From Octopus vulgaris (Eukaryota), in contig OX597821.1 in NCBI GenBank assembly GCA_951406725.2, positions 97,588,001 to 97,652,000 of the forward strand: 64,000 nucleotides of DNA, in the 5' to 3' direction. The notes under the pieces are model-generated. The model was not told where the DNA came from. It ran no database searches and worked only from the letters and a program-made list of their open reading frames with translations. Below, one piece after another: positions 1 through 12,145 of the stretch. The translations under genes were made by a program, and so were the position numbers. Each line of letters starts with the position of its first letter. The stretch's first letter is position 1.

Positions 1-173
1 AGTGCTACTTTTTTTTTACTCAGGATTAAAACCATGGATAATATCATGTATAATAGATGAAGGCATAGATAAGCACAGGCGTGGGTGTATTGTTTAAAGT
101 TTGACTCCCAATCATATGGCTTCTTACCATACAGCCATACCTATACCTATGACAAATGTAGATAGATAGATAA

Positions 174-216
<43 letters not shown>

Positions 217-308
217 CATACATACATACATTCATACATACATACATACATACATACATAGAGAGATATCCTAAATATTTCAATGTACATGCATGTGTGT
301 ATACACAC

Positions 309-342
<34 letters not shown>

Positions 343-1549
343 GGGGTGTTCATTAAAGATTTCCCCTGACCCACTTCCCAAGGACTGGAATAAACGAAAC
401 TTGGCATAATTATTAGCTTTTCTCGTCATAGCCACCTCCGGTGGTGGCACACTTTTTCCATCACTTTATGCAGCTGTGAAGACCTCCTCTGTAGAAGTCA
501 GTAGGTTGCGTCTGGAGCCAAGATTTTACCTCGGAAACAAGTTAATCATCATCCAAAAACGTGCTTCCCTTTCAAAAAAGACTTCATGGTTGGAAAGAGT
601 GGAAGCCAGATGGTGCAAGGTTGGGAGAATAAGGGGGATGAGGAAGAATTTCACAGTCACTGGAGTGTGCTTTCATCTGGGCAACATGCCACACCTCTCT
701 GCTTTGATGGCATCCCACAATTTCTGCAGCAGAGAAGCATAATATGTCCCGTTAATTGTGATGCCCTTTGCCAGAAAATCCATCATCACTACTCTGCACT
801 GGTCCCAAAACACTTGTGAGCATCACCTTGCCTACTGAGGGTTGGACATGAACCTTCTTTGGAGGTAGTGAGTTACCATGCTTCCATTGGTTTCAGGATC
901 ATAGTGATGGACCCATGTTTCATTCTATGCTGAAAAAATACTCCTTGCTTTCTTAGTACATTGCCAAAAGAGCCTGGGAGCAATTGATTCATTCCTGCTT
1001 TTGAAAAGGCGTGAATTTCCAGGGAACCCATCGTGCAGACAACTTCCACATGGGCAAATGATTGTGAATGATATTTTCCATGGACCCTACACTTATCTTC
1101 ATTTCTTGGGCTAGTTGTCCAATAGCTATGCAACTATCCTCCAAAATGACAGCTTCCACTTTATGGATGGTGTCATCACTAATGGCAGAATGTGATCCTC
1201 CAGGAATAGGGGCAGTTTCCACTGATGTTCGACCACATTTGAACTGGCAGTGCCAGTGCTTGACTACATCATATGATGGTGCATCATCACCATAAACTTC
1301 TTTCATCTCATCAAAAGTCTCTTTTGGTGTATGACTTTTCAAGTATAAGAACCTGATCACTGAGCTGCATTCAACTGCTGCCATTGTAACACCTTAGTCG
1401 ACTTCAGCATCCGTAAAAGACAAGCAAATACTAGTGGAAAGCTGCAATTTAGAATGTGACATGTAGAGACATGTATGAATATACCTGTACAAGTTCTGTT
1501 TCCTGCAATAACTGGAAGTGGGTCAGGGGAAATCTTTAATGAACACCCC
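343..1549 (-). mobile_element. Mariner (Tc1/mariner) DNA transposon with both TIRs and a degenerate transposase
   Basis: Perfect 37-bp TIRs GGGGTGTTCATTAAAGATTTCCCCTGACCCACTTCCA (343-379) and its reverse complement (1513-1549). Minus ORF 989-1384 has a mariner HTH region (VYGDDAPSYDVVKHWHCQFKCGRTSV) and a WVPxxL-like motif (SARWVPWKFT); frameshifted downstream. Confidence 0.93.
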
Positions 1550-1623
1550 ATGTGTGTGTGTGTGTGTATATGTATGTATGAATGTATGTATGTATGTATG
1601 TATGTATATATATATATATGTAT

Positions 1624-1660
<37 letters not shown>

Positions 1661-1819
1661 CGGAGTGGTTGGCGTTAGGAAGGGCATCCAGCCGTAGAAA
1701 CACTGCCAGATCTGACTGGGCCTGATGAAGCCTTTTGGCTTCACAGACCCCAGTTGAACCGTCCAACCCATGCTAGCATGGAAAACGGACGCTAAATGAT
1801 GATGATGATGATGATGATG
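1661..1819 (+). mobile_element. RTE-LINE 3' tail / RTE-tailed SINE with (GAT)n tail (family B)
   Basis: GGAGTGGTTGGCGTTAGGAAGGGCATCCAG...AACCCATGCTAGCATGGAAAACGGAC followed by (GAT)n. Other copies at about 3752-3892(-), 9803-10055(+), 20661-21070(+), 24535-24730(+), 25720-26030(-), 29770-29985(-), 31591-31827(+), 35402-35916(-), 37757-37996(+), 42217-42390(+), 48155-48412(-). Confidence 0.85.
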
Positions 1820-1828
1820 ATATATATA

Positions 1829-2010
1829 TTGGTAAAAATGGTAAGATAACAAAAGAAAGAAAGAGACCTCAATATTATGTAAATAGAGGAAATTTATCTG
1901 TAAAATAATATGTGACAATTATTTGGTAGCCAACATAAAACTCTGAGTTTCAGATGCCAAGGTGGAAATCTACACCACCATCTCTTCGGTTATCTGGCCA
2001 CCTGAAAAAC
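1829..2010 (-). repeat. Penelope pLTR-like short repeat (family P1) carrying a hammerhead-like motif at 1933-1995
   Basis: Same sequence as 5411-5645 and 31981-32417 (TGGTAAAA.GGTAAGATAACAAAAGAAAGAAAGAGACCTC...); embedded in (TA)n. Confidence 0.7.
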
Positions 2011-2997
2011 GCTATGAAAAAAGACCATTATACAAAGGTAAATTACTGTGTTATAGTCTGCTACTTACACAAAAGCGCTAATTCAAATGACCGCAAATTA
2101 AGATAAGGTTAAAAGTTCATAGTAAACACGTAAGTATGCCTGTTCATACATACACATGTGCACTCATGCACCCATGTGCATACATATACATCACTATGAA
2201 AACGTACACATCTTCACTCACATTTTTCGCCAAATGTATATGCATAAATATACAAACTCATACACACACACGTGCACCGTAAAAGTTCATACATACGTCT
2301 ACATACGCACAAGCACAAGACAAAAAGGGTTATGGGTAACAATACAGAAAAAAAGCATAAGGAAGTATACAAAGAGTAAACCACGTTCACATATGGACAT
2401 ACCCTTATGCATGCACATACACGCCCATATATGTACATACCCGCACACGTCTATATACACATACACACACACACACACAAAAAAAAAGATTATACATACG
2501 CCCATACAGTTCATATGTGCCAGCTAGTACACTTATATACCAAATTTTCCCATGATGGGCTCACCATCATAGGCTGCTTATGCCATACCATCTGCAACGT
2601 TGCACCTGCTAGCTGGCACTTTACATATGAATTTTCTACTCCGTAACATAGACCATACTTTCAAATCCATCACTGTATTTCTATGTAAAGATAATGCGAA
2701 TTTCTATGTAAGCATAATGTGAACTACTGCCTAAATTCGCCCTTCCTGAAAACTCCTCCCAAGAACAACAATACTCACCTATCCACCATTGGATGAAGTA
2801 ACATGGATCCTGGATTACACCACGGGAAGTTTGTAGCTTATTTCCCCTTCCTATACCTAATTTATTTTAAAAGTTGTACTTCTTTCACAGCCTCACATTT
2901 GCTCCTATTCTTTTTCTGCCCTTTTCAATAATGACAAACACACAGTACCTATTGTTAACTGTTTATTATATGTATTAGCCCTCCTAACCACTTAGAC

Positions 2998-3120
2998 CCT
3001 CTGAAGAAGCCTAGAGGCACACTCATCATCCAAACTTTATCTGCCCATCCCTACAGAACACTGAAGAGATGGAGATAGCATGGAGGATTTTGTTGCCTCA
3101 TGGCAGAAACGGGTGTAAGG
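2998..3120 (+). ncRNA. Candidate type-I hammerhead ribozyme with long stem II
   Basis: CCT-CTGAAGA-A-GCCTAGAGGCA...TGCCTCATGGC-A-GAAAC-GGGT-GTA-AGG: stem I CCT/AGG, canonical core, GUA cleavage triplet. Confidence 0.55.
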
Positions 3121-3453
3121 AACTGTTCTTTTGCTCTATTCTCTAATATTAATACACGTGTGTGTAATACATAGTTACTACATGTGTACGTTTTCTTCTA
3201 ATACTTTCGAATGTTTTGGAATAAATAGACACACTGGAATGTCTACCGGCTGATGTATGTCATTTTGTATCCTCTCCATTTTCTTATTTTCAGTATAAAT
3301 TAAAGGTAACCACTTTTTACTCCTGCCCATAAATGACATTCAATTGTGAGATTGCCACGAGGTAACCAGCATTTGGGTATGAATAATTGTGTACACTATC
3401 AGCAGTATATTAGACAGACACTATCCCTTAGTTGGTTGGTTTCCCAACCTCTG

Positions 3454-3688
3454 ACCCTCACAGAAATATATGTATATATATATATATATATAAATAAGCA
3501 ACAAGGATATCCAGAGGTAATGCAGTACGATCATTTTATGCAACTCCATTTAATTGAACAATGCAAATCGATGTAATGATTGCATTGTTCAATTAAATGG
3601 AGTTGCATGAAACGTTCGTACTGCATTACCTCTGGATATCCTTGTTGCTTATTTTGATATATATATATACATATATTTCTGTGAGGGT
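3454..3688. repeat. ~235-bp imperfect palindrome (foldback); right arm has a hammerhead 3' half GAAACGTT
   Basis: Arms 3492-3565 / 3580-3654 (AATAAGCAACAAGGATATCCAGAGGTAATGCAGTACG... and reverse complement) plus outer ACCCTCACAGAAATATATGTA / TACATATATTTCTGTGAGGGT. Confidence 0.85.
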
Positions 3689-3891
3689 AATTTTTCATTA
3701 CCTATATATATATATGTGTGTGTGTGTGTGTATGTTATATATATATATATATCATCATCATCATCATCATCATTTAGCGTCCGTTTTCCATGCTAGCATG
3801 GGTTGGACGGTTCAACTGGGGTCTGTGAAGCCGGAAGGCTTCATCAGGCCCAGTCAGATCTGGCAGTGTTTCTACGGCTGGATGCCCTTCC

Positions 3892-3936
<45 letters not shown>

Positions 3937-4171
3937 ATATATGGTAACATAATATTCCAGCTATTAGTAACTGTAATTGCTAGTTGTACAAAATATACCT
4001 AATATATTGAAATACATTGACCAAATATGTAGACAAAAAGATGTACACACCCTAAGACTTATTCTTCGTAAGCCTAGTACTTATTCTATTGGCCTCTTTT
4101 GCTGAACTGCTAAGTTACAGGGACATAAACACACCCACATCAGTTGTCAAGCGATGGTGGAGGGGGGGGGG

Positions 4172-4208
<37 letters not shown>

Positions 4209-4302
4209 TTCTGTTAATAATCTAACAGAAAAAAATGGCTGTTCTCATTGAATGTGGCTCGAATTATTCTCCTAATTATGCCTTTTTATTTTCTTTTTCA
4301 AG

Positions 4303-4462
4303 TTTTTGAAGCTGCTGAAGAAAGCTAATCTTGACAGCATACTGAAGAACCCTAATTCCAAATTTACAATATTTGCTCCAACTAATGAAGGCTTAATGAA
4401 ACTACCTGACAAGATAAAAAAAAATTCCACACTTATGAACTCTATCCTAAGGTTCCATTTAG
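4303..4462 (+). CDS. Fasciclin (FAS1) domain gene, TGFBI/periostin-like: first exon visible in window
   Basis: FLKLLKKANLDSILKNPNSKFTIFAPTNEG...ILRFHL contains the FAS1 H1 motif (TIFAPTNEA-like) and FH for the YH motif. Polypyrimidine tract + AG at 4301-4302 (acceptor position less certain); donor G|GTAAGA, phase 1. Confidence 0.88.
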
Positions 4463-4689
4463 GTAAGATATCCTTGACCCTTTTTTTCTCCAAATTTCCA
4501 TTGAAATACATTGCATTTGTTTCAATTAATTTTTTTGTTGAACCGTTACATTACAGGGACATAATACCAGTTATCAAAGTGGTGCTGGGAGACAGACACA
4601 AGAACACACATACATATATATAATTCGCCATGATAGATCGCTAGCCACTACACATTCTTTATTTTCTCTCCTTGTTTCTTTCTGTGTTC

Positions 4690-4725
4690 CTTTCTGTGGA
4701 AGAGCGTAGGCTCGAAACGTTAAAG
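4690..4725 (+). ncRNA. Minimal hammerhead-like motif (U6 variant) in a ~200-bp repeat (4625-4820; degenerate copy 26050-26250)
   Basis: CTTT-CTGTGGA-A-GAGC-GTAG-GCTC-GAAACGT-T-AAAG: stems I and II intact, palindromic ACGT stem III. Confidence 0.5.
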
Positions 4726-5364
4726 ACTTTTTTCACTTCCCAAGCATTATACTAATACATCTGTTTGTTGTCGACACCACCAGTTTTCGTCTTTTGTTTT
4801 TTGTGAATTCTCCCCCTACGTATATATATGTGTGTGTGTGTGTTCGTGTAATATATATATATATATATATATATATAAGCTTCTTTCAGTTTCCATCTAC
4901 CAAATTCATTCACAAGGCTTTGGTCAGCATGAGGCTATAGTAGAAGACACTTGTCCAAGGTTCCACATAGTGAGACTGAACCTGGTACCATGTAGTTGGT
5001 AAGCAAGCTTCTTAGCACACTGCCATACCTGTACCTATGTATGTATGTATGTAATGAAGAATTTAATAAAGTAACGCACACACACACACACATATGACAA
5101 GCTTCTTTCAGTTCCTGTCTATCAAATCCACTCACAAGGCTTTGGCTGGCCCAAGGCTATAGTAGGAAATACTTGCCCAAGTGCAGAAATTATGTACCCC
5201 AAAGGAATTTAAAGATAACATAATCCAAGTGTAGAGTAAGAAAATCCATGAATCAAGTACTTTAGATCAGATAGGACATAGAAGACCTGTGTGGGCAAGC
5301 GGTATAGTCTCGGGCCAACCAAAGCTTTGTGAGTAGATATGGTAGACAGAAACTGAAAGAAGAC

Positions 5365-5413
<49 letters not shown>

Positions 5414-5556
5414 TAAAACGGTAAGATAACAAAAGAAAGAAAGAGACCTCAATATTATGTAAATAGAGGAAATTTATCTATACATTAATATGTTACATTA
5501 CTCGATAGTCAAGATAAAACTCTGAGGGTATTTTTTCATAGCGTTTTCAAATAGCC

Positions 5557-5619
5557 AGATAACCGAAGAGATGGTGTTGTGGATTTCCACTTCGGCATCT
5601 GAAACTCAGAGTTTTATCT
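5557..5619 (+). ncRNA. Hammerhead-like motif (C4 variant, GUU site) in family P1, within inverted-repeat unit 5411-5645
   Basis: AGATAA-CCGAAGA-GATG...CATC-T-GAAACTCAGAGT-T-TTATCT: 6-bp stem I, near-palindromic stem III. Confidence 0.6.
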
Positions 5620-5643
5620 TGACTATCGAGTAATGTAACATAT

Positions 5644-5685
<42 letters not shown>

Positions 5686-5782
5686 GTGTGTGTGTGTGTG
5701 TGTGCGTATTTATGCATGTGTGTCTTTGTGTCTATGTTTGTCCCACCATCACTGCTTGACATATGATGTTATTTTTCTACAA

Positions 5783-5854
5783 GACCCTACCTGGGACTGA
5801 ACTTAGAATCCGAGTGTTAGTAGCCTGCACTCTTGTCCACTATATGCCTATGGG
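5783..5854 (-). mobile_element. tRNA-derived SINE head remnant
   Basis: Minus strand ...CATATAGTGGACAAGAGTGCAGGCTACTAAC...AAGTTCAGTCCC with A-box/B-box-like spacing. Confidence 0.45.
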
Positions 5855-5885
5855 CAATTACAGAGTGAATTTTAGGGCTTATAAA

Positions 5886-6518
5886 CCTAGTATTTTATCT
5901 TTTCTTAATACTGGTTCCCATATTAGATTCATATCTGCACTAGGTCTGCTTAGGAGGTTATTGTGCCATAGCATATGTGCAGCCTCTTTTAATTTTTGTA
6001 CTTTCCATTGGTGTTCTCTGTCAACTATTTTAACTTCATCCCACAGCGGGAGGTGTTCTCTGTTTTTCCAAGCATGATTGGCTTATACTCAATTTTTCAA
6101 CATCCTCTCATGTTACAGCTTGACAATGCTCTACTTCCCTTGCTTTAAGAGGGCAGATGTTTTGCCTTCATATAGCCTACTGCATAGGATAGAGTAAACA
6201 CAGTTTTTGGTCATATTCTCTTCTATGGGTGGTTTTACTTAGAGAAGATATTTACAAAGTGTTGAATTACTTCTTAATACTATCCTGATGTCATGTGGAT
6301 CACATTTCTTTTGTATCGTTTCCAAGAGGCCTTTGATATAGGGTGTGCTCAGTATATGGGTTTCATTCTCTCTCCTCTTCCTAAGTGGAGTGGACAGTAT
6401 GTTCTTCGAGTAGTTGTTGCATAGCAGATTGTCTCTTAGCCTGATCATTTCTTCCTGGTGAGTATCAGGATCACTACTTATTGTCTTGGCTTGATGGTTT
6501 AGGTATCTCTGCACTTAT
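5886..6518 (-). mobile_element. Penelope-like element fragment: post-RT linker and GIY-YIG endonuclease (pseudogenised)
   Basis: ORF 6239-6514 (ISSDPDTHQEEMIRLRDNLLCNNY...PYIKGLLETIQK) continues after frameshifts as NCVYSILC..YEGKT and HAWKNREHLPLWDEVKIVDREHQWKVQKLKEAAHM, typical of Penelope GIY-YIG. Confidence 0.85.
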
Positions 6519-6926
6519 ACTCTTTTACACTTTTACTTGTTTCAGTCATTTGACTGCAGCCATGCTGGAGCACAGCCTTTAATCGAGCAACTCGACCCTG
6601 GGACTTATTCTTTGTAAGCCCAGTACTTATTCTATTGGTCTCTTTTGCCGAACCGCTAAGTGACAGGGACATAAACACACCAGCATCGGTTGTCAAGCAA
6701 TGCTAGGGGGACAAACACAGACACACAAACATACACACACACATACATATATATACATATATACGATGGGCTTCTTTCAGTTTCCATCTACCAAATCCAC
6801 TCACAAGGCTTTGGTCGGCCCGAGGCTATAGTAGAAGACACTTGCCCAAGGTGCCATGCAGTGGAACTGAACCTGGAACAATGTGGTTAGTAAGCAAGCT
6901 ACTTACCACACAGCCACTCCTGTGCC
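6519..6926 (-). mobile_element. tRNA-derived CORE-type SINE with internal microsatellite (family A)
   Basis: Head GGCGCAGGAGTGGCTGTGTGGTAAG...GGTTCAGTCCC, CORE-like CCTTGGGCAAG, tail (GTAAAAGA)n. Other copies at about 9121-9477(+), 14468-14897(+), 24994-25417(+), 28053-28456(+), 29288-29682(-), 59249-59657(-), 60033-60408(-), plus many partials. Confidence 0.9.
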
Positions 6927-7199
6927 TTATGGAAATGAAGTGAAAAATACGGGACTGATTACAGATGGTAGATGAGTTACGTATTTTTTAAATTTAATTT
7001 AGAGCTGTGTTTTGACAAAATTCTTTCTCAAATCAATTGCATCCTTCTCACTAAGAACATTATGTGTGTGTGTATTATACGTTCATAAAATAAAGTTAGT
7101 GTTACTATAATAAGAATTTATTTCTTTTTATTCATACTTATAAAGTATATTCAGGTTTGTTGGAATTTTTATTTGGTGTGCTGCAAAATAAATTCTCTT

Positions 7200-7600
7200 G
7201 GTCCAGTGTATCATAAGGTAAAAAAATTTTGGCAAGACACTGCTGTACACCATCAGGTCCTGCAACTTTCCAATTGCTTATCTTTTTACTCATATTTCTG
7301 ATACTGTCTTTTGTGAAGTGGATGATAGCCTCTTGCTGGGGATAAGAAGCTGTTTGCATCAGGCTGCCTTGCCATTCAGCTGTAGTACTATGTTGTTCTT
7401 ACTCCATACCTTACCCCAGAAAAGTCGGCTTCCATCAACATCAGAAACTAATCTTTGACACTCCTTATCATCATTAATCTCTTGATAAAATCTTTTTTGG
7501 TCGGTTCTAAACAATTTGTTTTGCCAGTATTGCTTAATCCGTTGTTCAAACCTAGTTTGCTTGACTTCTTTTGAGGTAGGCACTGCTTCAGTTCTTCTTC
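7200..7600 (-). mobile_element. R4/Dong-clade non-LTR retrotransposon, pre-RT fragment
   Basis: RFEQRIKQYWQNKLFRTDQKRFYQEI...FWGKVWS and ISNWKVAGPDGVQ; homologous to 51999-52352. Confidence 0.75.
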
Positions 7601-7643
7601 TTCTTCTTTTCTTCTTCTTCTTCTTCTTCTTCTTCTTCTTCTT

Positions 7644-8335
<692 letters not shown>

Positions 8336-8344
8336 TATTTTTTT

Positions 8345-8777
8345 TTTTCTTCTTTCAAATTTGCTTCCATTTCTTGCCGAGTGTCTTCCCGACTCCTAGG
8401 GCAAAGAAACTCATAGTATACATTGGTAGGCCATTAAACCAAACTCAGTAGTTCGTTAATTTTTTTTTTTTTTTTTTTTAAAAGTTAAATTTAAATTAAA
8501 ATACATGAGCAGCAACAGTTCTCACATCGACAATGCTCTTCTCAATACGTGTGATGTACCAGTTAAGACAATCTTTTGCACTTCTTGCAGGGATGGTAAG
8601 CCAGGGATCATTCTCATATAATTTTCGGTTCCCTTCTTGATCATTCCTAGTGCTCCTACGATCACTGGTATTGTAACCGCCTTGAGATGCCACATTTTCT
8701 CAATTTCAATGAGTAGGTCTTTATATTTTCTGAGCTTGTCAAACTCTTTCGCTGAGATATTATGATCACAGGGGATG

Positions 8778-8780
<3 letters not shown>
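8345..8780 (-). mobile_element. R4/Dong LINE 3' end (RLE C-terminus + 3'UTR), subfamily 2; second copy 40012-40382(+)
   Basis: KLRKYKDLLIEIEKMWHLKAVTIPVIVGALG...EVQKIVLTGTSHVLRRALSM*, flanked by (TAA)n. Confidence 0.85.
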
Positions 8781-8836
<56 letters not shown>

Positions 8837-8867
8837 CATTATTATTATTATTATCATCATCATCATC

Positions 8868-9052
8868 ATTATTTAAAACAGTTTAATTTGGTTCCATGCA
8901 ACTTAAAGTTTTATAGGCTTCTTACAGAAACCTAGCTCATCCAGGCTCAGATAACCAATTCAGTTAACTGAACCTGAATGAGTTGGGTTTCTGCAAATAT
9001 GCCTATGAAACTTTTAACTTGCATGGAGTCAAATCAAACTGTTTTAAATAAT
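8868..9052. repeat. ~185-bp foldback palindrome (MITE-like hairpin)
   Basis: ATTATTTAAAACAGTTT...CAGATAAC / GTTAACTG...AAACTGTTTTAAATAAT; arms differ mostly by transitions. Confidence 0.85.
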
Positions 9053-9505
9053 AATATATGTAACTCCTACTAAATGTGTCAAGTGCCACTTTCTTTCATT
9101 TGTCTACTTATATATATATAGGTGCAGGAGTGGCTGTGTGGTAAGTAGCTTGCTTACCAACCACATGGTTCCGGGTTCAGTCCCACTGTGTGGCACCTTG
9201 GGCAAGTGTCTTCTACTATAGCCTCGGGCCGACCAAAGCCTTGTGAGTGGATTTGGTAGATGGAAACTGAAAGAAGCCCGTTGTATATATGTATATATAT
9301 ATACATGTGTGTGTTTGTGTGTCTGTGTTTGTCCCCCTAGCATTGCTTGACAACCAATGCTGGTGTGTTTATGTCCCCGTTATTTAGCGGTTTGACAAAA
9401 GAGATCGATAGAATAAGTACTGGGCTCCAGCATGGCCGCAGTCAAATGACTGAAACAAGTAAAAGAGTAAAAGAGTATATATATATATATATATATATAG
9501 TCAAT

Positions 9506-9589
9506 CTTGGGCTGATGACAGGAATGTTGATATAGGTATGTATTTCTAGCATCTCTATATCTAACTAACTCAGAAATGGCGTTCTCAAG
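9506..9589 (+). ncRNA. Candidate type-I hammerhead ribozyme
   Basis: CTTGGG-CTGATGA-C...GTTGATATAG...CTATATCTAAC...CTC-A-GAAATGGCGT-T-CTCAAG: 6-bp stem I (one GU), canonical core, GUU triplet; base of stem II is weak. Confidence 0.55.
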
Positions 9590-10063
9590 TAATCGATGTA
9601 CGAGTGATCTTTTGTTATTTTTCCCTCTATACCTACGTGAATTGTTTTTGAGTATACATTGTCTGGGAGACTCTTCTTATAGTAGAGGAAATGGCTAAAT
9701 TCCTTGGCTGCTATTTCTAAAAGTTCAGTGTGTGGTAAAGTAAATTTTTTTGCTGAATCCTAATTATATAAAGTAATGTTATATATATATATATATATAT
9801 ATGTGGCACGTTAAAAGCACCAACCGATCGTGGCCGATGCCAGACCACCCCTGGCACCTGTGCAGGTGGCACGTAAAAAGCACCCACTACACTCGCGGAG
9901 TGGTTGGCGTTAGGAAGGGCATCCAGCCGTAGAAACACTGCCAGATCAGACTGGTGCCTGGTGCTGCCCCTGGCTTCCCAGACCCCGGTCGAACCATCCA
10001 ACCCATGCTAGCATGGAAAGCAGACGTTAAACAATGATGATGATGATGATGATGATATATATT

Positions 10064-10570
10064 TCTTGGCTCGGCTTCATGAGCAAAGATTTACGGAAGG
10101 TGATGTCCACATCTGCTGCAAGTTTGTTGATGCCCAGCAAGTTCAGTTCAGGAAAACAAGCACAACTGCAAACTGCAGTGGAATGTAACTGATCCCAACT
10201 TGTTGAAATATGCTTGTATTACCTCCTTTTTTTCTTTTTTTCTTGTCTACATGAATGGTTTTGTGGGTGTCTTCAAAGGAAGCTGTTGCCTGGTGTACAG
10301 TGAAATTCCAGGCTTTATGGTCATTGGTCAAAATAGACCACTTGTAATGAGGAATGTGATAGGCACCAAAGGATCTTTTAAGGAAGTCATTGTGCCTTTT
10401 TTTTTGGTGTGTCTCTATCATGACAACTAGAGGAGAGTTTGCCACACAGTGTGATGTTGAGAAGCTGATGATCCTCCAGCCATTCAGTTCAAAACTTGGT
10501 AGTGTTTGTATCCAACAGCAGCTTTTGAAGGACGTAGAGCCTGGACATAGTTATTTGGTGAGCTGGAGAC
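10064..10570 (-). mobile_element. RTE LINE 3' fragment (degenerate)
   Basis: KKRHNDFLKRSFGAYHI..WS.LTNDHKAWNFTVHQATASFE resembles the C-terminal region of the RTE at 17690-17830. Confidence 0.7.
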
Positions 10571-11503
10571 AAACAACACTGATAGATACCATAATAGAAA
10601 TTTAATATAATTTTAATAGTTTTCCTTATTGTACATTTTCAGTACCAGCAATTAAATATTAGTGTTTTATAAGTCATTTTACTCATTTTCTTGCAATTTA
10701 TCCAACATTCAAATTCATTTTTCTTTTTTTAATGACACAGTACAGGGTGACTTCAATAAGTACCTCACAAATGAATAACTTAACCCTCTTGATACCAACC
10801 CGCCTGACACTATTCCTGATTGTATGATACAAACTTCCTGTTTTTAAAGTCATCTAAGTTAGAACTTTCCCTAAAGCTGTTAGCTGGCAGATTTGTCAGC
10901 ATTTCTTCCAGTTTTACATTCTGTGTTCAAATTCTACCAAGGTCACCTTTGCCTTTCATCCTTTTGGTGTTGACAAAAATAAGTACCAATTGAGCACTGA
11001 GGTTGACGTAATCAACTAACCTGCTCCACTGCCAAATTTCAGGTTTGGCACCAACAGACAAGAGAAATTAAAATCTTCCATCAAAATTTCATGTTAATTT
11101 ATTCCAAACTCCAATTTAATAACAAAGTTATTTTACTAAACACTTCATTATTTTAAAAATTGATTGAAACAAAGTTTGTTCTTTCTCATTTTTGTCCTCC
11201 TCTTAATTTCATCTTCTCTCTCCTACCTCTGAATTTATTTTCTGATCTTTGGATTCATTTATCAGAATCCTATTAAAATTTTGATTAAATGAAAAGTCTT
11301 GGGAATTTTAACAACTCCAATCATTCATTACTATCTGAGGAAACATTTTACCTTTCTTCCTATTTAAATACTAATAGAAAATCAAAATTCACTGGTTGAA
11401 TAAGTAATCAAGTGAAACCTAAAGTTCCAAGCAAAATGAATATTTATGTAGATATAATTTATATATTGATATAAACAAATTTATATTTTCATTGCATTTA
11501 CAG

Positions 11504-11634
11504 TGTCTGATTATCGAACGACATCTAGTTTCATTAACAACGACTTCATAAAGACAATTGCCAAATATGGTGTTCCTCCAAAGCGACGCTCTTTAAATAT
11601 CCGTACCAACATCTACAGCAGATTAGCTTCAAAA
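11504..11634 (+). CDS. Fasciclin gene exon 2 (middle of FAS1 domain 1)
   Basis: Acceptor TTTACAG|TG completes G|TG (Val, phase 1); SDYRTTSSFINNDFIKTIAK...NIRTNIYSRLASK; donor AAA|GTATGT, phase 0. Confidence 0.85.
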
Positions 11635-11892
11635 GTATGTTGGAAATTCTTCATTTATTTTCTTACTATCATTGTAGCAGTCAAGTCAGTGGGTACACAT
11701 AGTGCATGTTGTGTTGTTTAGAAGTTCATTTCAAATTATATGGTTTCACGTTCAATCCCAGTACATAGCAGTTGTGACATGTATCTTCTATCATAGTGTC
11801 AGGCTGATCAAAACTTTGTGAATGAAATTTAGTAGTCAGAAACTACAATGGAAACTCATTGTGTAAACACCTAAAAACTAAATCATAAATAA

Positions 11893-12145
11893 CATGTACC
11901 AACCTGCCCCTGGTAAGCAGTATAGTGTACTAAATATCTATGTGTATGGTAAATGACTTGATGTAGTTGATCAGTTTGTCTACCTGGGAAGCACTGTTAA
12001 TAGATATAGCAATTTGGATGATGAAATTCCATACAGAATTAGGAAAGCAAGTGATGCTTTCAGAAATCTAGAAAGGCGCCTCTGGAGTCGGCGAGACATA
12101 TGCAGAAAGACAAAGATAAAGGTGTACAGGGCATGTGTGCTTCCT
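11893..12145 (+). mobile_element. Short RTE fragment nearly identical to 17148-17400
   Basis: Direct sequence match (ATGTACCAACCTGCCCCTGGT...GCATGTGTGCT); DDEIPYRIRKAS. Confidence 0.85.

Noticed and set aside
1722-1750. CTGATGAAGCC...GGCT in family B copies looks like a hammerhead 5' half
   Set aside because: No GAAA or stem III follows, and other copies read CTGGTGCAGCC.
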